From Chiloscyllium plagiosum (taxonomy: Eukaryota): a DNA stretch of 42,193 nucleotides. Positions 25,740 to 36,915 of this stretch are shown piece after piece (the first letter of the stretch is position 1; every line of letters begins with the position of its first letter). The stretch is taken from contig NC_057758.1 in the NCBI RefSeq assembly GCF_004010195.1, forward strand, positions 9,822,456 to 9,864,648. The letters run 5' to 3'. Below the pieces are notes generated by a model. The model did not search any database and was not told the origin of the DNA. It worked only from the letters and a program-made list of their open reading frames with translations. Made by a program: the position numbers and the translations under genes.

Positions 25740-25915
25740 AGTACTATGTCATTGCTGAGTCAAAATCCTGGCACTCTCACCCTGACAACACAGGGGGTGT
25801 CCAAATACCACATGGACTGCAGAAATTCAAAGACACAGCTCACTTCCATCTTTTAAGGGCTATTAGAGATGGGTAATAAATGCTGGACCAGCCAGCAATG
25901 CCCACAGCTGCATAA
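25740..25915 (+). mobile_element. LINE/SINE 3' tail of the family also at 39960-40140
   Basis: GTCAAAATCCTGG...TTCAA..CAGCTCAC...GATGGGTAATAAATGCTGG. Confidence 0.65.
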
Positions 25916-26283
25916 CAAACCAGTATTTGGGATTTCGAGACAATTTGTTGCTTTGCGAAGAACATTTTTTTTTCAAAAAGAGCCCATCTCTCTCCAAATT
26001 TAATGATTTCAATGTTTGTTTTTGCTATGATGAAATTTGCTGTGATGAGTCAAATGGCCTTCCTTAGCACCACAACAGTTCAGTAATTCTGGGAATTTTA
26101 AATTCACTTCTGAATTATTACATGCAGTTACCACAGCCACTAGACCGTCATTATCATGCCAATGGTCTGCTAAACACATTAAGTGTCATATTTTTGAGGG
26201 TGAGGGTGGTATTTCCAAATGCACAGAGACGAATTTCACCCAGCTTCAGCCCAGTGCCCAGTGTTCATCTACATGAAGGGCCC

Positions 26284-26372
26284 CTGATGAAGGGTTTATG
26301 CCTAAAACATTGATTCTTCTGCTCCTCGGATGCTGCCTGACCAGTTGTGCTTTTCCAGCAACATACTCTCAG
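26284..26372 (+). mobile_element. Single-arm Penelope family B fragment with degenerate hammerhead
   Basis: CTGATGAAGGGTTTATGCCTAAAACATTGATTC followed by the family arm. Confidence 0.75.
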
Positions 26373-26766
26373 ACCACTCCATCATGGTCTGACCGAGGCA
26401 ATGGTCAGATAGCGCAATAACACAAAATTATTATCATGCCTACTCATCAACTCTATAGTCCAGACTAAGTGGTGTGAAATTGGGAAATAGCCCACATCAA
26501 ATTAAAAAGAAAATATTTTATCAGAAGCAAAATTACATTTTAATTCTTCAATTACGAACCTGCTCCCTCTTATTAGAGAAAAATAAATTAGTTTTGAGTT
26601 TGTTTAACCATCAATAATTTGATAATAAATTACAATGACGTGAGCCTTGTGTCTTGATACATTCTCTCTTTATGTATCTATTATACTTATATATTCATTC
26701 ACTCTTTTTGTTCTTCCTGTTTCTGTCAAACTGTCTCATTCCCTTGCCTTTCTCTTTGTTAACTTT

Positions 26767-26985
26767 GAGGAGAAAGTGAGGTCTGCAGATGCTGGAGATC
26801 AGAGCTGAAAATGTGTTGCTGGAACAGCGCAGCAGGTCAGGCAGCATCCAGGGAACAGGAGAATCGACGTTTCGGGCATAAGCCCTTCTTCAGGAACTGA
26901 AGAAGGGCTTATGCCCAAAACGTCAATTCTCCTGTTCCCTGGATGTTGCCTGACCTGCTGCGCTGTTCCAGCAACACATTTTCAG
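26767..26985. mobile_element. Palindromic Penelope-derived short insertion (family B) with 15-bp TSD
   Basis: TSD CTCTTTGTTAACTTT at 26752-26766 and 26986-27000; near-perfect inverted arms of about 90 bp meeting at about 26895. Confidence 0.9.
26862..26897 (-). ncRNA. Minimal type-I hammerhead ribozyme motif (family B), intact core
   Basis: Minus strand UUC-CUGAAGA-A-GGGC-UUAU-GCCC-GAAA-C-GUC-GAUU. Helix I is weak. Confidence 0.7.
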
Positions 26986-27990
26986 CTCTTTGTTAACTTT
27001 CACTTCCTCTCTCTGTTTCACTATCTTTATGAATCTCATTGGTTTCTTACTGCTCATTCTCTCTCTTTTGTTTTTTGTTCTCTTCCTCCCTGTCTCTGTG
27101 ATTATATCTCATGCTGTAATTCTTATATCTAAGCCTCACGCAATCAGATAGTGAGCATTGTAAGTGCTGGGCTAGTTTCTGCATTCCATCACTCATTGTT
27201 GCTTGCTTCGCTGAGTGACTTCAAGGACTAGCTCTGAATTATATCTCCTGCCAGTTCCAAACAAGATGGTGAGCAAGCTGCACGTGACTCAGGCAATATT
27301 ATAAAGCAGGATGACATTGTTTGTGTGAGTTTGTTTGAAAGTGAGCCTCAACTACAATACGTTAACATGATCCTGACTGCTGTCCGGCTCCATTCTTCCT
27401 CCTCACCATGACCCCTCCTGGAGATCCATTCCTTTCTCAGTAAGTATTATCATAAAGATTGATAGTGAATGCACATTCTCCCTCTGCTCCCCCTCTACCA
27501 TTGCTCTGGCAAATCCAGCCTCCCACCCCAGGACCTCTCCTCCCTCTGATATCACATCCTACCTATCAGCAACAGATCTTCAGACAGTTAATACACTTGA
27601 AAAATGTGGGCTATTTGCTATTAATTGTAACCTTGAGTAGTCACGGTTTCCTTGCACTATCAGTGTCTCTGTAATCAGCAGCAGAAAGTACCACCTGGCT
27701 TCTGGTTATTAAAGACAGAAGTGAAAGATATAATAAGCTGTGATGGAGCTGCATGTGGCTGGGAGGTGTAGCATCTCCTGTTTGCAATCCAATAAAACAG
27801 GAATGGTAACAAGCAGAGAAGAAACAGCAACACCGTGTTTCTGAAACTCTCTGGAATGTAAAGAATGAAATATATAAAAATTTCATTGAGAGCTTGACAG
27901 GATTGATGCTGAGGGTCATATCCTCTGGCTAGAGAGACTGGAATGCAGGGGAGGAGAGAACAGTCTCAGAATAAGGGGACAATAATTTAG

Positions 27991-28110
27991 TAGAATTAGA
28001 ATCCCTACAGTGTGGAAACAGGCCCTTCGGTCCAACAAGTCCACACCGACCCTCAGAAGAGTAACCCATGAAAACCCATTCCCATACATTTATCCCTGAC
28101 TAATGCACCT
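27991..28110 (-). mobile_element. HE1-like SINE 3' fragment
   Basis: ATCCCTACAGTGTGGAAACAGGCCCTTCGG...CCACACCGACCC. Confidence 0.8.
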
Positions 28111-28162
28111 CAGTTAAAAATCACACAACACCCAGTAATAGTCCAACAGATTTATTTGGAAG

Positions 28163-28197
28163 CACTAGCTTTCGGAGCGCTGCTCCTTCATCAGGTG
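28163..28197 (-). ncRNA. Minimal type-I hammerhead ribozyme motif (family A), fully intact, within Penelope terminal fragment 28112-28200
   Basis: Minus strand CAC-CUGAUGA-A-GGAGC-AGC-GCUCC-GAAA-G-CUA-GUG: helix I CAC/GUG, 5-bp helix II, AGCU palindrome for a dimeric helix III. Confidence 0.8.
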
Positions 28198-28298
28198 ATT
28201 GTACTGACAGGGAAGTCAAAAACAAGCAGGTCGAAGCCAAAACTGGAAATTAATGCAAAGGCTCAGTAGGTCGGGCAGCATCCATGAGGAGAAATCAG

Positions 28299-28336
28299 AG
28301 TTAACATTTCGAGTCTAGTGACCTTTCCTCAGAACT
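28299..28336 (-). ncRNA. Minimal hammerhead motif (family C), partly decayed
   Basis: Minus strand AGUU-CUGAGGA-A-AGGUC-ACUA-GACUC-GAAA-U-GUU-AACU: helix I AGUU/AACU. The helix II closing pair is mismatched. Confidence 0.65.
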
Positions 28337-28720
28337 GATGGTAGCTAGGAAAAAGATTTTATGCAGACAATAGGATGAGGGGAGGGGGTAAGGAATAAAT
28401 GATAAGTGGAGGTAGAGTTCAGAGAGACGAAATTGATTTGGATGTGAGCTTAAGAGGCACAGTTAGCAAGTTTGCAGATGACACCAAAATTGGGGTGTAG
28501 TGGACAGCGAAGAAAGTTACCTCAGATTACAACAGGATCTTGATCAGATGAGCCAATGGGCTGAGGAATGGCAGATGGAGTTTAATTTAGATAAATGCAA
28601 GGTGCTGCATTTTGGGAAAGCAAACCTCAGCAGGTCTTATACACTTAATAGTAAGGTCTTAGGGAGTTTTGCTGAACAAAGAGACCTTGGAGTGCAGGTT
28701 CATAGCTCTGTGAAAGTAGA

Positions 28721-29037
28721 TTAGATTACTTACAGTGTGGAAACAGGCCCTTCGGGCTAACAAATCCACACCGACCCGCCGAAGCACACCCACCCAGACC
28801 CATTCCCCTACATTTACCCCTGCATCTAACACTACGGGCAATTTAGCATGGGCAATTCACCTAACCTGCATATTTTTGGACTGTGGGAGGAAACCGGAGC
28901 ACCCGGCGGAAACCCACGCAGACACGGGGAGAACGTGCAAACTCCATACAGTCAGTCACCTGAGGTGGGAATTGAACCCGGGTCTCTGGTGCTGTGAGGC
29001 AGCAGTGCTAACCACTGTGCCACTGTGCCACCCACAA
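28721..29037 (-). mobile_element. Full-length HE1-like V-SINE inserted into CR1
   Basis: Splits TGAAAGTAGA|GTTGCAGGTAG, which is uninterrupted in the minus-strand copy near 32985-33006. A/B boxes, V-domain and (TCTAA)n tail present. Confidence 0.92.
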
Positions 29038-29646
29038 GTTGCAGGTAGGTAGGATAGTGAAGAAGGCATTTGGTATGCTTTCCTTTATTGGTCAGAGTAT
29101 TGAGTACAGGAGTTGGGAGGTTATGTTGCGGCTGTACAGGACATTGGTTAGGCCACTGTTGGAATATTGTGTGCAATTCTGGTCTCCTTTCTATCGGAAA
29201 GATGTTGTGAAACATGAAAGGGTTCAGAAAAGATTTACAAGGATGTTGCCAGGGTGTGAGGATTTGAGCTATAGGGAGAGGTTAAATAAGCTAGGACTGT
29301 TTTCCCTGGAGCATTGGAGGATGAGGGGTGGCCTTATAGAGGTTTATAAAATCATGAGGGGAATGGATAGGGTAAATAGACAAAGTCATTTCCCTCGGGT
29401 GGGGGAGTCCAGAAATAGAGGGCATAGATTTACTGTGAGAGGGGAAAGATATAAATGAGACCTAAGGGGCAACATTTTCATGAGGAGGGTGGTACGTGTA
29501 TGGAATGGGCTGCCAAAGGAAGTGGTGGAGGCCGGTACAATTGCAACATTTAAGAGGCATTTGGATGGGTATATGAATAGGGCTGGCAGGTGGGACTAGA
29601 TTGGGTTGGGATATCTGGTCGGCATGGACGGGTTGGACCAAAGGGG

Positions 29647-29747
29647 TTCTGGATTAGTGGTGCTGGAAGAGCACAGCAGTTCAGCCAGCATCCAAGGAGC
29701 TTCAAAATCGACGTTTCGGGCAAAAGCCCTTCATCAAGGATAAAGCA
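29647..29747 (-). mobile_element. Single-arm Penelope family B insertion in the CR1 3' UTR
   Basis: Interrupts TTGGACC.AAGGG|TCTGTTTC; minus strand TTGATGA-A-GGGC-TTTT-GCCC-GAAA-CGTC. Confidence 0.8.
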
Positions 29748-29785
29748 AGGGTCTGTTTCTGTCCTGTACATCTCTATGATTCTAT

Positions 29786-30285
29786 AACAGTTGGACAGAC
29801 AAATGAATAGATAACAATCAGTCTGAGAGAATGAATAGCCACTAATGAGGACAGTTAGTGGCTAACAATGGGCTGTGTGTAATAGCAAACCAGGTAATAA
29901 CAAGGCCTGGAGAGAAGGTTAGATGTGACTTTTTGAAATGACTGGCAGGAAGGGAAAGGTGGTGGGGTTGCATTATTGGTACAGGGTAAAGTAAGCACAA
30001 CAGCAAGAAATGTTCTTGAATTAGTTATACTCAAAACTGAGTCCGGAAGACTAGAGTTCCCAAGCGGAAAAATGAAATGCTGTTCTTCCAGCTTGTACTG
30101 AGCTTCGCTGGAGCACTGCAGCAAGCCTGAGACAGAGGTGTTGGCCAGGGAACAGATGGTGTGTTGAAGTGGCAGGCAACTGGAAGCTCAGGGTCTTTTT
30201 TGCAGACAGAACGTATGCGTTCTGTGAAGCGGTCACCCAGTCTGCGCTTCGTTTCCCCAATGTAGAGGAGACCACATTGTGAATC
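29786..30285 (-). mobile_element. Penelope-like retroelement: GIY-YIG endonuclease C-terminus and 3' region
   Basis: Manual minus-strand translation from about 30283: SQCGLLYIGETKRRLGDRFTERIRSVCKKDPELPVACHFNT, then LQCSSEAQYKLEEQHFIF. Confidence 0.88.
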
Positions 30286-30299
30286 ACTATGATCTTGTA

Positions 30300-30450
30300 C
30301 TATAAATTCTGTGTCTTATGACCTTGCCCCTGATAAAGGAGCAGTGCTCTGAAAGCTAGTGCTTCCAAATAAACCTGTTGGTCTATAACCTGGTGTTGGA
30401 TGATTTTTAACTTTGTCCATCCTAGTCCAACACTGGCACCTCCTCATCAC
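30300..30450 (+). mobile_element. Penelope family A terminal fragment with mutated hammerhead
   Basis: CTGATAA-A-GGAGC-AGT-GCTCT-GAAA-GCTAGTG from 30330; reverse complement of 28112-28195. Confidence 0.8.
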
Positions 30451-30490
30451 AGTCATAAGTCAGTTAGCTTCATGTCTGTTACTAGGTAAA

Positions 30491-30783
30491 TGATTAGATT
30501 AGATTCCCTACAGTATGGCCCAACAAGTCCACACCGACCCTCCGAATAGCAACCCACCCAGACCCATTCCCCTACATTCACCCCTGACTAATGCACCTAA
30601 CACTACGGGCAATTTAGCACATCTTTGGACTGTGGGAGGAAACCGGAGCACCAGGAGGAAACCCACGCAGACACGGGGAGAATGTGCAAACTCCACTCAG
30701 GCAGTTGCCCAAGGTGGGAATTGAACCCGGGTCCCTGGTGCTGTGAGGCAGCAGTGCTAACCACTGTGCCACCATGCCACCCC
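30491..30783 (-). mobile_element. HE1-like V-SINE with small internal deletions
   Basis: Colinear with 28721-29037; (TTAGA)n tail at 30491-30505. Confidence 0.9.
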
Positions 30784-30799
30784 GTTAAGTGTTAAAGTC

Positions 30800-32316
30800 T
30801 ATAACACAGCATTATTTGGAAATACATTCTGTGACAAAGCAGAGTCAACATGGCTTCATGAAGGTGAATCATGTCAAACAAATTTATTAGAATTGTTTGA
30901 GGAAGTAACAGGCAGGATAGATATAGGGGAAGCAGTAGACATGATATATTTGGATTTTCAAAAGCATTCAATAAGGTACCAAACATAAGGCTACTTAATA
31001 AGAGTCCGTGATGTTAGGGTAGTATATTAGCATGGATAGAGGATTAGCTAATTAATAAAAGACAGAAAATCAGGATAAAAGGAGCATTTTCGAGATGGCA
31101 CCCTTTAACTAGAGGAATGCTACAGGGATCAGTGGGGGGTCCACAATCAGTTACAATATGTATTAAGCATTTGGATGAGGGAAATGACTGTCCTATTGTG
31201 GATGGCAGAAAAATTGGTGGAAAGGCAAGTGCTGAGAATGACACAAAGAGTTTTCAAATGGATACAGACAGCACTTGAGCAAAACCTTGACAGATGGAAT
31301 ATAACATGGGAAAATGGCAAGAAGAATAGACAATCTGAAGATTATTTAAATGGGGGAAGACTGCAGAAAGCTGCAGTACAGATGAACGTAGAAACAGGAA
31401 AAGTCCATTCAGTCCATTGAGCCAGCTCTGGCATTCAATATGATCATGGCTGATTGAACATGATCATATGCCTTTTGCCCACCCTATCCTTGAAACCATG
31501 ACTCTGTGTGCCACTGGTAATCTATCAACCTCGACCTTAAATATACCAGCCCTCTGTAGTAGGGAATTCCAAAGATTCACAACCTTCTGAGTAAACATTA
31601 TTTTCCTCACCTTGGACCAAAGTGACATTTGTCTTATTTTTAAATCTAGATTTGCCAAACATCTTACCTGCATCTACTTTGTCCATCCCTTTTAAGTATT
31701 TTGTAAGTTTCAATAAGATCACCTTCTTTGAAACTCTCAAGAGGATTTTGGGTTTGTCTTACATGAATCAGGAATCTAGTAGGTAATAGGGAAGGCAAAT
31801 GGAATGTTGACCTTTATTTGAAAGAAAAAGGAGTATAAAAGTAGGGATGCTTTGCTAAAAATAAACAAGACATTATTTGGACCACATCTGGAATACTGTG
31901 GATAGTTTTGGTCCCCTGATCTAAGGGAAGATTGACTGGTATTTCAGGCATTCCAGAGTAATATAAAAATTTAGGAGCAGGAGCAGTCCATTCAACCCTT
32001 CAAATCTGCTCCACCATTCACTATGATCATGCTGACCATCCAACTCAGTCCCCTGTTCCTGCTTTCTCCTCATCCCCGTTGCTGCCTTCAGCAGGTTCAA
32101 TCAGCTGATCCCAAGAATGGAAAGTATTATTTAAATTGTGATAGATTGGGAAAGGTTGACGTATAGAGACCTAGTTGTCTTTGTACACCAGCCACCAAAA
32201 CCAAATATGTTGCTGCAACGAGAAGTTCAGAAGGCAAATTGTGTGTTGGTCTTCATTGCAAGAGAGTTTGATGAAAGGACAAAGAAAGTCTTATTGCAAC
32301 TGTACAGGGCCTTGGT
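30800..32316. mobile_element. Mosaic of old CR1 fragments on both strands
   Basis: + strand RT remnants (TTGGATTTTCAAAAGCATT, CACATCTGGAATACTGTG) interleaved with minus-strand 3' ends at about 31386-31740 and 31960-32090. Confidence 0.7.
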
Positions 32317-32319
32317 GAA

Positions 32320-33920
32320 CATAGAACATACAGTCATAGAGATGCACAGCATGGAAACAGACCCTTCCGTCCAACCCGTCCATGCCGACCAGATATCCCA
32401 ACCCAATCTAGTCCCACCTGCCAGCACCCGGCCCATATCCCTCCAAACCCTTCCTATTCATATACCCTTCCAGATGCCTTTTAAATGTTGCAATTGCACC
32501 AATCTTCACCATGTGCTCTGGCAGCTCATTCCACACATGTACCACCCTCTGAGTGAAAAAGTTGCCCCTTAGGTCTCTTTTATATCTTTGCCCTCTCACC
32601 TTAAACCTACGTCCTGTAGTTCTGGACTTCCCCACCCCAGGGAAAAGACCATGTCTATTTACCCTACCCATGCCCTTCATGATTTTATAAACTTCTATAA
32701 GGTCACCCCTCCGCCTCCGACGCTGCAGGGAAAACAGCCCCAGCCTGTTCAGCCTCTCCCTGTAGCTCAGATCCTCCAACCCTGGCAACATCCTTGAAAA
32801 TCTTTTCTGAACCCTTTCAAGTTTCACAACATCCTTCTGATAGGAAGGAGACCAGAATTGCACGCAATATTCCAAAAGTGGCCTAACCAGTGTCCTGTAC
32901 AGCCGCAACATGACCTCCCAACTCCTGTACTCAATACTCTGACCAAGAAAGGAAAGTATGCCAAATGCCTTTTTCACTATCCTATCTACCTGCAACTCTA
33001 CTTTCAAGGAGCTATGAATCTTCACTCCAAGGTCTCTTTGTTCAGCAACACTCCTTAGGACTTTACCATTAAGTGTATAAATCCTGCTCTGATTTGCAGC
33101 ACCTCTCGTTTATGTAAATTAAACTCTATCTGCCAGTCAAGATTAGAGTGGTGCTGGAAAAGCACAGAAGGTCAGACAGCATCTGAGAAGCAGGAAAATC
33201 AATGTTTCAGGCAGGGGACCTTCATCATTCCTAATCTTGTCTCTGATCTCCAGCACCAGGGAATCTAATCCTATCTAATCTAATCTGCAGTCCTCACTTT
33301 CTCCATCTGCCAGTCCTCAGCCCATTGGCCATCTGATCAAGATCCCATTGTAATCTGAGGTAATCTTCTTTGCTGTGGCACCATGTTAGCCAACCTCCAG
33401 TCTTCCGGCACCACATCTGTGACTATCGATGAACTTCTAGTTGCACCAACAATCACTTCCCTAGTTTTCCACAGAGTTTTAGGGTACACCTGATCAGGTG
33501 CTGGGGATTTATCCACTTTTATGTGTTTGAAGACATCCAACACCTCCTCCTCTGTAATATGGACATTCTTCAAGATGTCGCCATCTATTTCCCCACATTC
33601 TATATCTTCCATGTGCTTTTCCACAATAAACACTGATGCAAAACCCTTGTTTAGTTTCTTCCCATCTCCTGCCGCTCCATACAAAGGCCACCTTGCTGAT
33701 CTTTGAGGGGCCCTATTCTCTCCCTAGTTACCCTTTTGTCCTTAACATATTTGTAAAAATCCTTTCGATTGTCCTTAACACTATTTACCAAAGCTATCCC
33801 ATGTCCCCCCTTTTGCCCTCCTGATTTTCCTCTTAAATATACACCTACTGCCTTTATACTCTCCTAAGGATTCACTCGATCTGTCCTGTCTATACCTGAC
33901 ATACGCTTCCTTCTGTTTCT
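32320..33920 (-). mobile_element. Relatively young CR1 LINE fragment (205-aa open ORF2 C-terminus), internally deleted
   Basis: LYRTLVRPLLEYCVQFWSP...NFFTQRVVHVWNELP; upstream KSPAPDQVYPKTL...VPEDWRLAN. Confidence 0.92.
33139..33300. mobile_element. Penelope family B insertion with 15-bp TSD inside CR1
   Basis: CTCTATCTGCCAGTC (33124-33138) / CTCCATCTGCCAGTC (33301-33315); contains a short AGGGAATCTAATC SINE-tail piece. Confidence 0.75.
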
Positions 33921-34077
33921 TACATCCCTTTTTTATTTCTCAGTTCCACTCAAATAACTTCCGTGAATGTAGGTTTGGGAATATCTTCCCTCAGTACAGC
34001 TGTAATGCTGTCCCTTATCAAAAACGCCACTCCTCCTTCTCTCTTGCCTCGCTTTCTGTTCTTCCTGTCGCATTTGT

Positions 34078-35565
34078 AATAGAACAGTACAGTACAGTGC
34101 AGGTCCTTCAGCCCTCAACGTTGTGCCGACCTTTTATCCTACTCTAAGATCAAACTACCTTTCATTTTACTATCATCCATGTGCCTTTCCAAGAGTCGCT
34201 TAAATGTCCCCAATATATCTGACTCTACTACCACTGCTGCAGTGTGATCCACGCACCCACCACTCTGTGTAAAGAAGCTCCCTCTGACATCTCCCCTAAA
34301 CCTTTCTCCAATCACCTCACAATTATGCCCCCTCAAGATAGCCATTTCCACCATGGGAAAAAAGTCTCTAGCCATCCATTCTATCTATGCCTCTCATCAT
34401 CTTGCACACCTCTTTAAAGTCACCTCTCATCCTCCTTCGCTCCAATGAGAAAAGCCCTAGCACCCTCAACCTTTCTTCATAAGACATGCCCTCCAGCATC
34501 CTGGTAAATCTCATCTGCACCATCTCTAAAGTTTCCACATCCTTCCTATAATGAGGCGACCAGAACTGAACACAATATTCCAAGTGTGGTCTAGCCAGGG
34601 CTTTGTAGAGCTGCAGCATAATCTCGCGGCTCTTAAACTCAATCCCCCTGCTAATGAAAGCCAACGCACCATATGCCTTCTTCACAACCCTATCAACTTA
34701 GGTGGTAACTTTGAGGGATCTATTATTGTGGACCCCAAGGTCTCTCTGTTCCTCCACACTGCCAAGAATCCTGCCTTTAACCCTGTAATCTGCACTTAAA
34801 TTTGACCTTCCAAAATGCATCACTTCACACTTTTCCAGGTTGAACTCCATCTGCCACTTCTCAGCCCAGCTCTGCATCCTGTCAATGTTCCATTACAGCC
34901 TACAACAGCCCTCCACACTATCCACAACTCCACCAACCTTTGTGTCATCGGCAAGCTTACTAACCCACATCTAAGTAATTTATAAAAATCATAAAGAGCA
35001 GAGGTCCCAGAACAGATCCCTGTACAACACCACTGGTGACCAAGCTCCAGGCTGAATACTTTCCATCTACTATCACCACCCTGTGTCTTCTATGGGCCAG
35101 CCAATTCTGTATCCAGACAGCCAGGTTTCCCTGTATGCCATGCCTCCTTACTTTCTGAATGAGCCTACCATGGGGAAACCTTAACAAATGCCTTGCTAAA
35201 ATCCATGCACACCACATCCACTGCTCTACCTTCATCAATGTGTTTTGTCACATCCTCAAAGAATTCAATAAGGTTTATGAGGCATGACCTGCCTTCAGAA
35301 AGCCATGTTGACTATTTTTAATCAAACAATCCTTTTCCAAATAATCATAAATCCTGTTTGTCAGAATTCTCTCCAATAATTTGCCCACAACCGACGGAAG
35401 GTTAACAGGCTATCCCAATTCCCTTTCTTGAACAAGGGAATAACATTTGCCACCCTCCAATCATCTGGTACTACTCCAGTGGATAGTGAGGACACAAAGA
35501 TCATTGCCAAAGTCGCAGCAATGTCTTCTCTCGCTTCCTGTAGTAAACCTTGGGTATATCCCATC
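34078..35565 (-). mobile_element. CR1 LINE ORF2 3' portion of a second subfamily
   Basis: [65 protein letters not shown]; tail (GTACT)n. Confidence 0.92.
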
Positions 35566-35599
35566 TATCCTCATGTTTTTCAAAATTTCCAGCACCCAA

Positions 35600-36655
35600 A
35601 ATTTTAAGGTGAAACCACACCTGGAGTATTGTGTAGAACTTGGTCCCCCTATACAAGAAAGGATAGACTTCCCATACAGGAAGTGTACCAAAGGTTTATT
35701 AGACTGATGCATGGAAGGATAGGATTGTCATATGAGGAGAGATTGCTTTAACTGGGCCTGTGTTCACTGGAGTTTAGAAAAATGAGAGGTAATCTTGAAA
35801 TGTGCAAAATTCTGAGAGGGCTATACAGACTGGATGAGGGTGATGTTCCCTTGGCCAGAGTGTCCAGAACAAAGGGTCACAGTTTAAGGACAGAGGGTAG
35901 GTCAATTTGGACTGAGATGAGGAGAAATATATTCACTCAAAGGATGGTGAGCCTGTGGAATTCTCTACCGTAGAAGGTTGTAGAGACCAAGTAAATGAAT
36001 ATATTTAAGAAAGAAATAGATTTCTACAAATTTTGGCATGCCTGTCTTCATTGGTCAGAGCACTGAGTACAGGAGTTGGGATGTCATGTTATGGTTGTAA
36101 AAGACACTGGTAAGGCCATATTTAGAGTACTGCGTTCAATTCTAGTCCCCCTGCTATTGGAACAATCTTACTAAACTGGAGAGGATGCAAAAAAAAAGAT
36201 TTACAAAGCTACTACCAAGACTGAAAGTTTTGAGTTATAAGAAGAGATAGGATAGGCTGTGACTTTTCGCCCACTGTGAGAGGAGGCTGAGGGTGACCTT
36301 GTAGAGGTTTAGAAAATCCTGAGGAACATAGATAAGGTGAATAGCCAAGGTCTTTTCCCAGGGTAGGGGAGTCCAAAACTAGAAGACATGGGTTTAAGGT
36401 CAGAGGGTGAAGATTTAAAAAGGACCTGAGGGGCAACTTTTTCACACACAACCTGGTGTGTATATGGAACAAGCTGCTAAAGGAAGTGGTAGAAGCAGGT
36501 ACAATTACAACATTTAAAAGACATTTGGACAGGTACATGAATAGGAAAAGTTTTGAGAGGTATGGACCAAATGCAGGCAAATGGGACTAGTTCGGTTTAG
36601 GAAACCCAATCAGCATGGGTCAAAGGGTCTCTTTTTGTGCTAAATGACTCTATGA
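35600..36655 (+). mobile_element. Two successive CR1 3' fragments
   Basis: KPHLEYCVE and EMRRNIFTQRMVSLWNSLP (to about 36025); second copy about 36030-36655 ending ATGACTCTATGAC. Confidence 0.85.
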
Positions 36656-36915
36656 CATTGCTGTGGGTCTGCAGTCACATGTAGACCAGACCAGGTAAGG
36701 ATGGCAGATTCATTCCCTAGAGGACAGTAGTGAACCAGGTGGATTTCACCAACAATTGACAATGGATTCCTGGTCATAGTTACACTTGATTCCAGATTGT
36801 TATTGAATTCAAATTCGACCATTTGCCCTGGTGGGATTCAAACCTGTGTCCCCAGAATATTACCCGGATCTCTGGGTTAACAGTTCACCGATAATGCACT
36901 AGGGCCATCATCCCC
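36655..36915 (-). mobile_element. tRNA-headed SINE 5' portion
   Basis: Reverse B-box GGGATTCAAACC; colinear with the intron-2 copy at 3430-3785. Confidence 0.65.

Larger units (their letters stand above)
28431..29785 (+). mobile_element. CR1 LINE 3' portion (RT ADD motif to tail) carrying two nested inserts
   Basis: KFADDTK, WQMEFNLDKCKVLHFG, LYRTLVRPLLEYCVQFWSP; tail CTCTATGATTCTAT. Confidence 0.92.

Noticed and set aside
28960..29033. tRNA gene (A and B boxes; also near 17230 and 30715)
   Set aside because: These are tRNA-derived heads continuous with the V-SINE body and tail.
32408..33025. 205-aa ORF as a host gene or active LINE
   Set aside because: It is the CR1 ORF2 C-terminus only; the upstream RT is deleted or interrupted. 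No intact autonomous element is present in the window.
33195..33235. Additional functional hammerhead
   Set aside because: Homologous position, but the core (AUGAUGA) and helix II are disrupted.
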